Assembly: GCA_964350645.1 (NCBI GenBank)
Contig: CAYGJY010000001.1
Coordinates: 208,621 to 272,620, forward strand
DNA length: 64,000 bases
Reading direction: 5' to 3'
Source: an uncultured Candidatus Saccharibacteria bacterium
GTDB lineage: Bacteria > Patescibacteriota > Minisyncoccia > Phycocordibacterales > UBA918
Part shown: piece by piece, positions 47,323 to 55,974 of the stretch
Numbering within the stretch: the first letter of the stretch is position 1
How the letters are laid out: each line of letters starts with the position of its first letter
Translations under genes and position numbers: made by a program
Notes under the pieces: generated by a model
Told to the model about the DNA's origin: nothing
The model's database searches: none
The model's input: the letters and a program-made list of their open reading frames with translations, nothing else

Positions 47323-48771
47323 TTGATGACAAAAAATAATCCAGAAAACTTACACTGGACCATTTGTACTAATTGCCAAGGGCAAGGGAAGATTGTTCGT
47401 GGACCGTCAAAAAGACGACGTCGCTTGCATGAGCTTGAGCTAGCGTTGTATGAAAAAACGGCCGGGAAGGGGATTGCGCCAAAGCCACTGACAGACAATC
47501 TCGACATTTGTCTGTCATGTGCTGGATCAGGGCTACAGTCTGCTGATGCTGACTCAAAAGTACCAAGAGATGTATTTCCTCATATCGCGATTGTTGGTGG
47601 GGGTATTAGCGGCACAGCGCTCGCAGTTGCTTGTCTGCATCGTGGTATTCCGTTTACCCTCTACGAACGAGACCAGAGTTTTGACGCTCGTTCGCAAGGC
47701 TATGGCCTGACGCTGCAGCAGGCCAGTAAGGCAATTGAAGCTTTAGGGGTTACGTCACTACCGGATAGTGTGGTCTCGACCCGACACGTTGTCCATAATC
47801 CTGAAGGAAAAATCATTGGCGAGTGGGGCTTGCGCAAATGGCGGCAAGGGCCGGTGCCGGAGACCTCAAGACGTAAGAATATTCATATAGCACGCCAGAC
47901 CTTGCGCTCGGCTTTGTTAGAACAACTACACGAAAGTGAGTCAGTGAAATGGGGACATGAACTGATCACCGTCGCAGAACAAGAATCTGGCAGTAGTGAG
48001 CTCACTTTTAAAGCTAATGATACAACTGAAGTGGTAACGGCCGACCTGGTGGTCGGAGCCGACGGTATTCGCAGTCGAGTGCGTGAGCTGTTGATTGATG
48101 AAAAGAAAAATCCATTGCAGTACCTCGGCTGCATCGTGATTTTAGGTATTTGTCCGCTTAAGGCATTGGCTGATACTCAAAGTCCACTCTTTGATTCAGC
48201 AACGGTGTTTCAGACAGTTAGCGGTCGTGAACGCATGTACGCCATGCCGTATGATCACGATACGATCATGTGGCAGGTGAGTTTTCCTGTGGATGAGGCA
48301 AAAGCAAGTGAATTGAGTACTCGGGGAAAGAAAGCGATGAAAGAAGAGGTGTGTCGCAGATTGGCCTGGCATGAACCAATTCCGCAGATTTTGGCCGCCA
48401 CAGCTGAATCAGATATTACAGGTTACCCAGTCTATGATCGGCCGTTGCTTGATCCAGCCCTTTTGCACGAAGCTGGAGCGATGACGCTACTTGGTGACGC
48501 TGCCCACCCGATGAGTCCCTTTAAAGGGCAGGGGGCCAACCAGGCTCTGCTTGATGCCCTTGCGCTCGCTCGTAGTATGTATGCAAAATGTGGCCCAGGC
48601 TCAGACTGGCGCGAAGCAGGTTTACGGAGAACTATATTGGATACATTTGAAGCTGACATGTTAAAACGCACCGCGTCTAAGGTACAAGACTCAGCTAAAG
48701 CAGTAGAACTTTTACATTCCGATGCAGTGCTGCATGAGGGTGATGAGCCAAGGGGGAGAGGGTTGGTTTGA
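47323..48771 (+). CDS. FAD-dependent monooxygenase with an N-terminal Cys-rich segment
   Basis: GGGISGxxLA dinucleotide fold; LLGDAAHPMSPFKGQGANQAL motif; N-terminal CTNCQGQG…CLSCAGSG. Confidence 0.7.
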   Translation: MMTKNNPENLHWTICTNCQGQGKIVRGPSKRRRRLHELELALYEKTAGKGIAPKPLTDNLDICLSCAGSGLQSADADSKVPRDVFPHIAIVGGGISGTALAVACLHRGIPFTLYERDQSFDARSQGYGLTLQQASKAIEALGVTSLPDSVVSTRHVVHNPEGKIIGEWGLRKWRQGPVPETSRRKNIHIARQTLRSALLEQLHESESVKWGHELITVAEQESGSSELTFKANDTTEVVTADLVVGADGIRSRVRELLIDEKKNPLQYLGCIVILGICPLKALADTQSPLFDSATVFQTVSGRERMYAMPYDHDTIMWQVSFPVDEAKASELSTRGKKAMKEEVCRRLAWHEPIPQILAATAESDITGYPVYDRPLLDPALLHEAGAMTLLGDAAHPMSPFKGQGANQALLDALALARSMYAKCGPGSDWREAGLRRTILDTFEADMLKRTASKVQDSAKAVELLHSDAVLHEGDEPRGRGLV

Positions 48772-49391
48772 ACACGCGTGGAAATGAGGAAATAGAGTCA
48801 GCTACCTCTCTTTCTCTGAACCTCCATTTACAGAAGCAAGGCCTAGGGAGGTATAATCTAGAGACGGATTACTTTGATTTAGATCTTACTACACAAGTTC
48901 TGGGTTATATTGCCGTAGTATTACTTTTTGTCTCGTTCCAGATAGACAATCGAAAAAGTATTTTAGGTTTTCTTATTGCGGGAATGGTATTTCTCGCTGC
49001 ACATCAGTTTTTGCTGGGGGCTCTGGCCGGTGCTATCGCCAATGCTTTGACCATCATACGCAACCTGGTTTTCCGGCATAAAAATGACACGGCTATTTTG
49101 CAACACGCTGCCTGGCCATATGTATTCTCTACTATCCTTGTCTGTACTGGTTTATTCTTTTGGCAAGGCTGGTACTCATTACTCCCGGCTTTAGCGGTAA
49201 CAGCTTCAACCTTTGCACTATGGGCAGATAATACAAAAACAATCAGAGTACTGAGTTTGATCGGGCCGTTGGTGTGGCTGCCGTACGCGTTTATCATTGA
49301 GTCAGTACCGACGGTTTTAATTCAGGTTGTGATTATTGCTTCAATTGTGATCGCGATGGTTCGGTTTGATTGGAAAGGGAAAGTACAGTGA
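48768..49391 (+). CDS. YgjV-like inner membrane protein (paralog B)
   Basis: Homologous to 44826..45398; the true start is likely a non-ATG codon downstream of 48768. Confidence 0.5.
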   Translation: MNTRGNEEIESATSLSLNLHLQKQGLGRYNLETDYFDLDLTTQVLGYIAVVLLFVSFQIDNRKSILGFLIAGMVFLAAHQFLLGALAGAIANALTIIRNLVFRHKNDTAILQHAAWPYVFSTILVCTGLFFWQGWYSLLPALAVTASTFALWADNTKTIRVLSLIGPLVWLPYAFIIESVPTVLIQVVIIASIVIAMVRFDWKGKVQ

Positions 49392-49737
49392 TTTAGAGGG
49401 GTAAGAGGTGGGGAGGAAAACTTAACGAGAGAATTTGTTTTATTTTTATAAGCATATGTTATATTGCGTACAATCTCTTTCGATCGCATCAAAAAGCTGT
49501 GGCCAGAACAGCGGTTTGGGGCCGAATTGAGATTTGTGCAGGACTACCATCAGTCAGGAGTTTTCTGGGCACGTTTTTTCTGACGTAAACGTGAAAACGT
49601 GCACCCGCTAGCGGTGAGCGAATCATCGATACCATCACGCTGGCCTGGGCCCTCCATAGCGGGGGGCTCTTTTTTTGTACTCGTGAGTCTTCTCGTGATT
49701 AACCAAGTAAATTCATTGCCCTGTAAAGAATTTCTGG

Positions 49738-50718
49738 TTACATAACCTCGCCTGACTTCGACCCTTTTCGAGAGATAGGAAAATGTTCCAATTTACAGTA
49801 CTCGCCTTCACACACCATAGTGTGTTTTGTGCCAAAATTTATATATTCTTGATTTAGCTTATTAAGCGCATTGTGGTTAATGTAAGTATTGATTCTACTT
49901 GCCATATCATCAATAAACTCATTTCCAAAATCAAACCAACAGTCTGAGCTTATAACTGCACTTATGTGCCTGTACTCTTTTTTATGGAAAAGTGCAGTTG
50001 GTACACGAACGTCTTTACCACCGCCAGTGTCTAATATTTCATCGTGAAAATATCTACCAGATTCACCTGTTTGTTTAATAAACGTTAGACCCATGCCGTA
50101 CAACACAAGCTCTTTTGCCATATCTGAGGGTTCATGATGGTTAATTAGCTCTGTATTTATTGCTAATATAAACTTATCATCATCTTTGAAATCAGGACTT
50201 CTCTTATAGGAATCAAGTTTATCAAATTTTGCTAACGTTGAACTTATTATCCTGGGTGCAGACAGTTGTAGCTCGTCAAATATATTCGAATTTCTTGTAT
50301 ATATTTGACCTGGTGTTATTTCTGGCTTTGCCCCTAATGGTCCCTGCTGAGGACATACTGCTTCAATCCATACTTTGGAACCATCAATTTGTTTTATGCA
50401 AAAGTCAGGTCTAGCTGACTGTTTTTTATTTCTTGGCGGCGGAATTAGTTCATAGCCTTTATGTAGAAGTATAGAACAAAGTTGTAATTCCCAAAGTCTA
50501 CTAAAGAAATTGCCTTTAATTTTTATCTGTTCTTTAAAGTTATCATCTAAAAATCTTTCTGAGAGCGTAAAAGCTTTTTCAATGCATTGCCTTCGATCTT
50601 TAGCCAATCCGTTAAAAACATATGTCGGATCATATTGTGAAAACTCTTCTTTGAACATCTCATACTGAGATTCATCTGAATCTATATCTAGTATGGGAAT
50701 ATCTTCGTCATATAGCAT
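49738..50718 (-). CDS. hypothetical protein, AT-rich gene next to tRNA-Glu
   Basis: 326-aa ORF at about 35% GC; no motif recognised. Confidence 0.5.
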   Translation of the reverse strand: MLYDEDIPILDIDSDESQYEMFKEEFSQYDPTYVFNGLAKDRRQCIEKAFTLSERFLDDNFKEQIKIKGNFFSRLWELQLCSILLHKGYELIPPPRNKKQSARPDFCIKQIDGSKVWIEAVCPQQGPLGAKPEITPGQIYTRNSNIFDELQLSAPRIISSTLAKFDKLDSYKRSPDFKDDDKFILAINTELINHHEPSDMAKELVLYGMGLTFIKQTGESGRYFHDEILDTGGGKDVRVPTALFHKKEYRHISAVISSDCWFDFGNEFIDDMASRINTYINHNALNKLNQEYINFGTKHTMVCEGEYCKLEHFPISRKGSKSGEVM

Positions 50719-50809
50719 TGTGGTAAATGTATCACAAAAACAACCAAAATGAGGCTATTTTCTCTTCCTTAATTCGAACCTTATCGAGTGCTCGAACTAG
50801 CTCTCTAAT

Positions 50810-50884
50810 TGGTGATCCCACGGGGAATCGAACCCCGATTACAAGAATGAGAATCTTGTGTCCTAGCCGTTAGACGATGGGACC
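50810..50884 (-). tRNA. tRNA-Glu (anticodon CUC)
   Basis: Cloverleaf folded by hand: 7-bp acceptor stem, D-arm, anticodon loop TTCTCAT, TTCGATT T-loop, encoded CCA. Confidence 0.85.
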
Positions 50885-51006
50885 AGTCTGGTAGACCTGC
50901 TGTCTCAAGTAGGTCGTGGGCCAAATAGTACCAAATACGGCAATAAACTCAATGTCGCTCGTGATACGATATGAGGGTAGTGGTGTTTTCGATAATTTTT
51001 TAAATA

Positions 51007-51441
51007 ATGTTTTCATTTGTACGACGATTGTTTGGTAAATCCAAAGCTAAAAAAGAGGCTGAGCCAGAGGTGGTGGAAGTGCCTGAAGGAGCGCCAACAT
51101 CATATTCTCTTGATTTTAAAGGTGCCGACGAGATCATGGTATCAGCTGCGGATTGTAGTCGTAAGAATGTAGTGGCGGTAAAGCATCAGATTGTTCGCCC
51201 AGAACGCATTGCTAAAATTGTGACGTTCCTAGCGGAGTTGCCAACTAAGGGAAAAAAACGGATTAACTCGAATCCGTGTACTGAGCACAGTCTGACCGCT
51301 CTCAAAGGGGGTAAGGCTTTTGCACAAGTGGTCTTTTATGAGGGAGCGTTGATGCTTGAGAATAAAGCGTTTATTGACAGTGATGACAAGGCACTAAAAA
51401 AGCAAGCCGAACTATTTGAGATCATTAAAATCGAGGTGTAG
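51007..51441 (+). CDS. hypothetical protein
   Basis: 144-aa ORF. Confidence 0.4.
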   Translation: MFSFVRRLFGKSKAKKEAEPEVVEVPEGAPTSYSLDFKGADEIMVSAADCSRKNVVAVKHQIVRPERIAKIVTFLAELPTKGKKRINSNPCTEHSLTALKGGKAFAQVVFYEGALMLENKAFIDSDDKALKKQAELFEIIKIEV

Positions 51442-51457
51442 CGTTTGGTGTATTCGA

Positions 51458-52084
51458 TTAGTCGTCTTTGTCACGGTCTTTCAGGGGATCTCTGCCTTTG
51501 CGCCGCAGGGCACTATCATGTGCAAACATGAGGTTTGCCAAGGTATGTTGTTCTTCAACAGGTGAATAAGACCCAAGTTCATTATAGTCAACGTCAGGGG
51601 GGATTGACATGGTGACAACTGGCATGTCAGGCCAGGCCAGGCTACTATCACGAAACATGTTTCGACACACTCGGCAGGGATGCAGCGTCGTACAGTTAAT
51701 TTGACTCGGATCATCTTGGTGTTCGGCGACTACTAGAATACCAACAATTTTATCGAAGCCACGTGCGGTAGCTTGGTCTAAAATACGACGTTCCGCGCAG
51801 TGTTTATCTGCATCTGGGGTTTCTTTGCTGTTCCAGCCAGTAAGTATTTCAAACTCATTAGTTTCAGTGTTTAAGACAACTGCAGCAGCTCCTACACCGA
51901 AATTTCGATAATTTAATTTCTCGTCTATTACTTTACGCTGCATGGCATAAGCAGACTGATATAAGGTAACTTTGTTATTCCAGAAATACTCCAGAGCGTC
52001 TTTTAGTTCTTTTGGTTCTTCGCCATAAAGACGTTTAGAATTTTCAATTACTGCTTTCGTTACATTTGTTGGCCTCTCAATCAT
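51458..52084 (-). CDS. dCMP/cytidine deaminase family protein
   Basis: HCAERRIL and PCRVCRNM zinc-binding motifs. Confidence 0.75.
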   Translation of the reverse strand: MIERPTNVTKAVIENSKRLYGEEPKELKDALEYFWNNKVTLYQSAYAMQRKVIDEKLNYRNFGVGAAAVVLNTETNEFEILTGWNSKETPDADKHCAERRILDQATARGFDKIVGILVVAEHQDDPSQINCTTLHPCRVCRNMFRDSSLAWPDMPVVTMSIPPDVDYNELGSYSPVEEQHTLANLMFAHDSALRRKGRDPLKDRDKDD

Positions 52085-52144
52085 TGTTGCTAGTATATCA
52101 AAGCTGGCTCGCGAAGCGAGACAGCGAAGAACGTATAATAGTAT

Positions 52145-54145
52145 CTAGTTCACCTTCCGCAACGAATCCTTGATATCAAATCGAGGATTTACTTTCTTTC
52201 CAGGATTGAAGATGTCGTCGGGATCGAAAGTGTGTTCGAGTTTTTTAAAGAGTTCTAGGGTGGCTTTGTTAAACATCTTCGAGAGGTGTGGGGTGCGAAT
52301 AATACCGTCGTTATGTTCACCACAGATGTTGCCATCGTACTTGACCGCCGTGGCAAAAAATTCCTCAGCCATTTTTTCTACCAAGTCAGGAGTGGTTTTG
52401 CTAGTGAAGTCGAGGAGGGGATAGAAGTGTAAGTGGCCGTTGCCGCCGTGGCCGTGGACTGCAGCCGTAACATTGTATTTTTTGAGGAGGCGCTTGATGT
52501 CAGTGAAGAACTTCGGCAGGTGCTTTGGTGGGACGGTCATGTCTTCAAGGAAGGCTGCCGGACGTTTGTGTTTGTCTTGGAACTTTGAAAGCGTGTAGCT
52601 GGCTCGGCGAATTTGCCAAAACATCTCGTGTTCGGTCGTGTTTGTGACTAAACGAGCCTTCGTGCCCGTAGCTTTCTTGATAGCGGTTACGGCTGCTGCA
52701 GGGTCAGTTACTTGGCTAGTATCGAGTGTGACCAGAAGTGTGAACTCAGGAGTTTTGCGCATATACCGGACGTGGTACAGGGTATACATGGCCAAAAGCA
52801 CTTTATAGTACTGAGCGCCAGAAAGACGGTCTTTGAAAAAAGATGGGTTCTTAAGTGCTAAATCGAATGTCAGGCCGTCAAATAGTTCGACATTGATTGG
52901 GTCGTATTCGAGGGCTTTGATGATTGTTTTACCTGCATCTTCAAGACTAAAGATTGGAATGGTGACCAAAACAGTGTCGTTCTTGATTGGCTCAGTGCGC
53001 ATAGTCATTTTGGTGATGACACCAATAGTGCCTTGGCTACCAGCGATCAGATGACAGAGGTTGAAAGTAGCTTTACCTTTCTCAAAGTCAGCTACCGAAC
53101 CGTTGATAACGTCCCAGAGTGGGTACCCGGCAGAGTTCTTTTTGGTTTTTGGTTCGGCATGGTCGACTGTGCTTTCGTGTTTTTTGATAAGTTCAAAAAC
53201 AGCTTTGGCGATTTGTCCGTGGGCGTTGTCTTTTTTGATAAGGGCTTTAAATTCCTTTAGTGTCAGTGCTTTGAAGGTATAGGTAACACCGTCATGCAGG
53301 GTGACATCTAGTGATTCAACCCAGTCAGCACAGTGACCAAAACGAAGCGAATCAGGACCGGCGGAATTATTAGCTACGGCGCCACCAACTGAGCAAATGT
53401 CTTTTGATGCTGGGAAGGAAGGTAAGTAGACATCTTTCTTCTTCAAGGCTTTTTCTAAGTCACGCCACATGAGACCTGGTTCACAGGTAAAGGTGGTCCC
53501 AGAACGACGTTCATCGACTGAGATGAGCTCGTGCATATGAGCACACATGTCGATTACGACAGAATCAGTTAGTGAGCCACCAGAGAGGCCCGTGCCTGCC
53601 GCACGGGGAGTGAGTGACAGTGAAGGAAATTCAGCGGTGTTTACGGCTATCACTTTTACTGCAGTTTCAACGTCTTTTTGGTTGTGCGGCTGGATGACAA
53701 TTTGTGGCTTTACTGAAAAAATACTTTCGTCATAACTGTAACGTTTGAGGTATTCCTCACTAGTGCTAATGCCACCCTTGAAGCCAGCAGCACGGAGTTT
53801 TTGTTCGATTAAAAGGTGTCCAAGGGGCTCTCGCTTTAGTGAGGCAAATGATTTTTTAGTATCGAGAGTGGCAGTTTTGTCGACTTTTGGGCCAGTAGCT
53901 TTGGCTGGAGCAGTTTTGATTACTTTTGTAGTAGATGTGCTCACAGTTTTGTTTGAGGCACCTTTTTTGACCACTGATTTTGTAGTAACAGCTTTTACAG
54001 ACTTCGCTGCGGCTACACGTTTAGTGGTTTTTTGGGTAGCTTTTTTAGCAATACTTTTTTTACGAGTAGTTTTTGCAGCTTTTTTAGCAGTGCGCTTTTT
54101 TGTGTCGGCGTCGACCACCGCAAGGGTGCGTGAAGAACTTGGCAT
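52145..54145 (-). CDS. FAD-linked oxidase (GlcD/D-lactate dehydrogenase-like) with an N-terminal histone H1-like Lys/Ala/Thr-rich tail
   Basis: FAD-binding AAGTGLSGGS motif; first ~110 aa are KKAAKTTRKK-type repeats. Confidence 0.75.
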   Translation of the reverse strand: MPSSSRTLAVVDADTKKRTAKKAAKTTRKKSIAKKATQKTTKRVAAAKSVKAVTTKSVVKKGASNKTVSTSTTKVIKTAPAKATGPKVDKTATLDTKKSFASLKREPLGHLLIEQKLRAAGFKGGISTSEEYLKRYSYDESIFSVKPQIVIQPHNQKDVETAVKVIAVNTAEFPSLSLTPRAAGTGLSGGSLTDSVVIDMCAHMHELISVDERRSGTTFTCEPGLMWRDLEKALKKKDVYLPSFPASKDICSVGGAVANNSAGPDSLRFGHCADWVESLDVTLHDGVTYTFKALTLKEFKALIKKDNAHGQIAKAVFELIKKHESTVDHAEPKTKKNSAGYPLWDVINGSVADFEKGKATFNLCHLIAGSQGTIGVITKMTMRTEPIKNDTVLVTIPIFSLEDAGKTIIKALEYDPINVELFDGLTFDLALKNPSFFKDRLSGAQYYKVLLAMYTLYHVRYMRKTPEFTLLVTLDTSQVTDPAAAVTAIKKATGTKARLVTNTTEHEMFWQIRRASYTLSKFQDKHKRPAAFLEDMTVPPKHLPKFFTDIKRLLKKYNVTAAVHGHGGNGHLHFYPLLDFTSKTTPDLVEKMAEEFFATAVKYDGNICGEHNDGIIRTPHLSKMFNKATLELFKKLEHTFDPDDIFNPGKKVNPRFDIKDSLRKVN

Positions 54146-54211
54146 TGCTTAGATTATAGCGCACTCTTACTTTTTAATTCTTGAGTTTCCACAAATGCTA
54201 TACTGACGCGC

Positions 54212-55900
54212 ATGACTCAATCACAAGCACTCGATATTCTTAAAACAGGTGGCAATGTCTTTCTGACCGGTGAGCCTGGTGCCGGGAAAACGTACGTGAT
54301 CAACCAGTACATCGCGTGGCTCGAAGCGGCAGGGATTAAGGTGGCGGTGACAGCTTCAACTGGGATCGCCGCAACGCATATTGGTGGTCTTACAATCCAC
54401 TCATGGAGCGGGATTGGGATTAAGGATTCACTTTCACCCTACGACCTCGACAAAATTCAGAGTAACGAAAAAATCTGTAACCGACTGAAGAAAACGAACG
54501 TACTGGTTATAGATGAGATATCGATGCTCGCCGGAGGCACACTCGATATGGTGGATCAAGTGTGCCGGAGTGTGCGACAAAAATCTGAGGCGTTTGGCGG
54601 ACTGCAGGTAATTTTTGTAGGCGATTTCTTTCAACTGCCGCCAATTGGCCGACCAGGTGATGAGTTGCGCTATGCTTTTGAAAGTCGTGCGTGGGAAGAT
54701 GCGAAGCCACTCGTTTGTTATATCACCGAACAATACCGTCAGGACGACGAACTGTTTTTGTCACTTTTGAAGTCGCTTCGTAGTGGCGACGTGGAAGAAG
54801 AACATTTTACGTTACTTTCGGAACAAACTGATATTGCTTTTACGGACATTGAACCAACCAAGCTGTACACCCACAACGCCGATGTCGATGCAGTCAACAT
54901 GACCAAGCTTCGTAGCCTGCCGGGTATGGTGCGGAAGTTCACCATGAGTGGTGAGGGGAATAAACAGCTTCAACAAAACTTGTCTAAAAATTGCCTTTCA
55001 CCTGAGCTCTTAGAGCTCAAAGAAGACGCCATGGTAATGTGCACTAAAAATAACTTTGAAGCGGGGTATGTTAACGGTACTTTGGCGCGAGTGACGGCTT
55101 TTGATGCTGATGGTCTACCGATTATTGAAACCTCAGACAAGCGCACCATTACTATTAAACCAGTTAGCTGGGAGATTAGGGACGAAAATAAAATCATGGC
55201 TGCAATCGAACAGCTACCTCTACGACTCGCGTGGGCAATAACGGTCCACAAAAGTCAGGGAATGAGCCTAGATGCAGCGGAGATTGATCTCTCAAAAGCC
55301 TTTGTATTTGGCCAGGGCTACGTGGCGTTGTCACGAGTGCGGACGCTCGCTGGTCTCAAGATGCTTGGCATGAGTCCAACAGCACTTCGGGTTGATCCAA
55401 AGGTAATCAAACATGACCATATATTTCATCAGCACAGCGATATGGCTGAGAAGGCATTTGCCGAGATGGAGGATGAAGAGGTCACAAAATTGCATCGCAA
55501 TTTTGTGACCTCTTCAGGTGGCAAAATGCCTGAGCCCGGAGCAGTTGTCGTGGCTGAAAAAGGCTTTGCTCGTGTGCAGAAAGAAAGTACCTACCAGCAA
55601 ACCAAAGTGCTTTTGGAAGAGAAAAAGACAGTTGCTGAAATAGCTAAAGAACGAAAGATCAGTCAAGCGACCGTCTGGTCACACTTAGAAAAATTAGTAG
55701 AGGCGGGTCATGTATCACGTAATCAGCTCGAACATCTTGAACCAGACGGCTGGAGTAAGATCTATTCAGCTATTGAGCTGGCGATTAATGAACATGGTTC
55801 AGAACTTCTCAAGCCACTCTATGAACACTGTAATGAGGAGTATGACTACGATCTCATTCGTCTAGCCCGTATGCAGTATAGTTTGACTGAGTTGAAGTAG
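54212..55900 (+). CDS. PIF1/RecD-like helicase with a C-terminal HTH-like domain
   Basis: Walker A GEPGAGKTY and Walker B VLVIDEISM; C-terminal TVAEIAKERKISQATVWSHL. Confidence 0.75.
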   Translation: MTQSQALDILKTGGNVFLTGEPGAGKTYVINQYIAWLEAAGIKVAVTASTGIAATHIGGLTIHSWSGIGIKDSLSPYDLDKIQSNEKICNRLKKTNVLVIDEISMLAGGTLDMVDQVCRSVRQKSEAFGGLQVIFVGDFFQLPPIGRPGDELRYAFESRAWEDAKPLVCYITEQYRQDDELFLSLLKSLRSGDVEEEHFTLLSEQTDIAFTDIEPTKLYTHNADVDAVNMTKLRSLPGMVRKFTMSGEGNKQLQQNLSKNCLSPELLELKEDAMVMCTKNNFEAGYVNGTLARVTAFDADGLPIIETSDKRTITIKPVSWEIRDENKIMAAIEQLPLRLAWAITVHKSQGMSLDAAEIDLSKAFVFGQGYVALSRVRTLAGLKMLGMSPTALRVDPKVIKHDHIFHQHSDMAEKAFAEMEDEEVTKLHRNFVTSSGGKMPEPGAVVVAEKGFARVQKESTYQQTKVLLEEKKTVAEIAKERKISQATVWSHLEKLVEAGHVSRNQLEHLEPDGWSKIYSAIELAINEHGSELLKPLYEHCNEEYDYDLIRLARMQYSLTELK

Positions 55901-55974
55901 CGACTGTGCACTAACGTGGTTGGCTGACTATTCGTGACGACGTATAATGAAAGAAGATTTATTAAAGTAACTAT

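Noticed and set aside
49392-49737. Identification of the structured gap as RNase P RNA, SRP RNA, tmRNA or 6S RNA; and a search for an att-like direct repeat of the tRNA-Glu 3' end.
   Set aside because: Hallmark motifs are absent: GGAAAGTCCGGGCTCC and AGGGTGAAA for RNase P, GGAAGCAGCC for SRP, and a tRNA-like 3' end for tmRNA. No copy of TGGTGATCCCA or its core was seen. It is left as an unclassified candidate.
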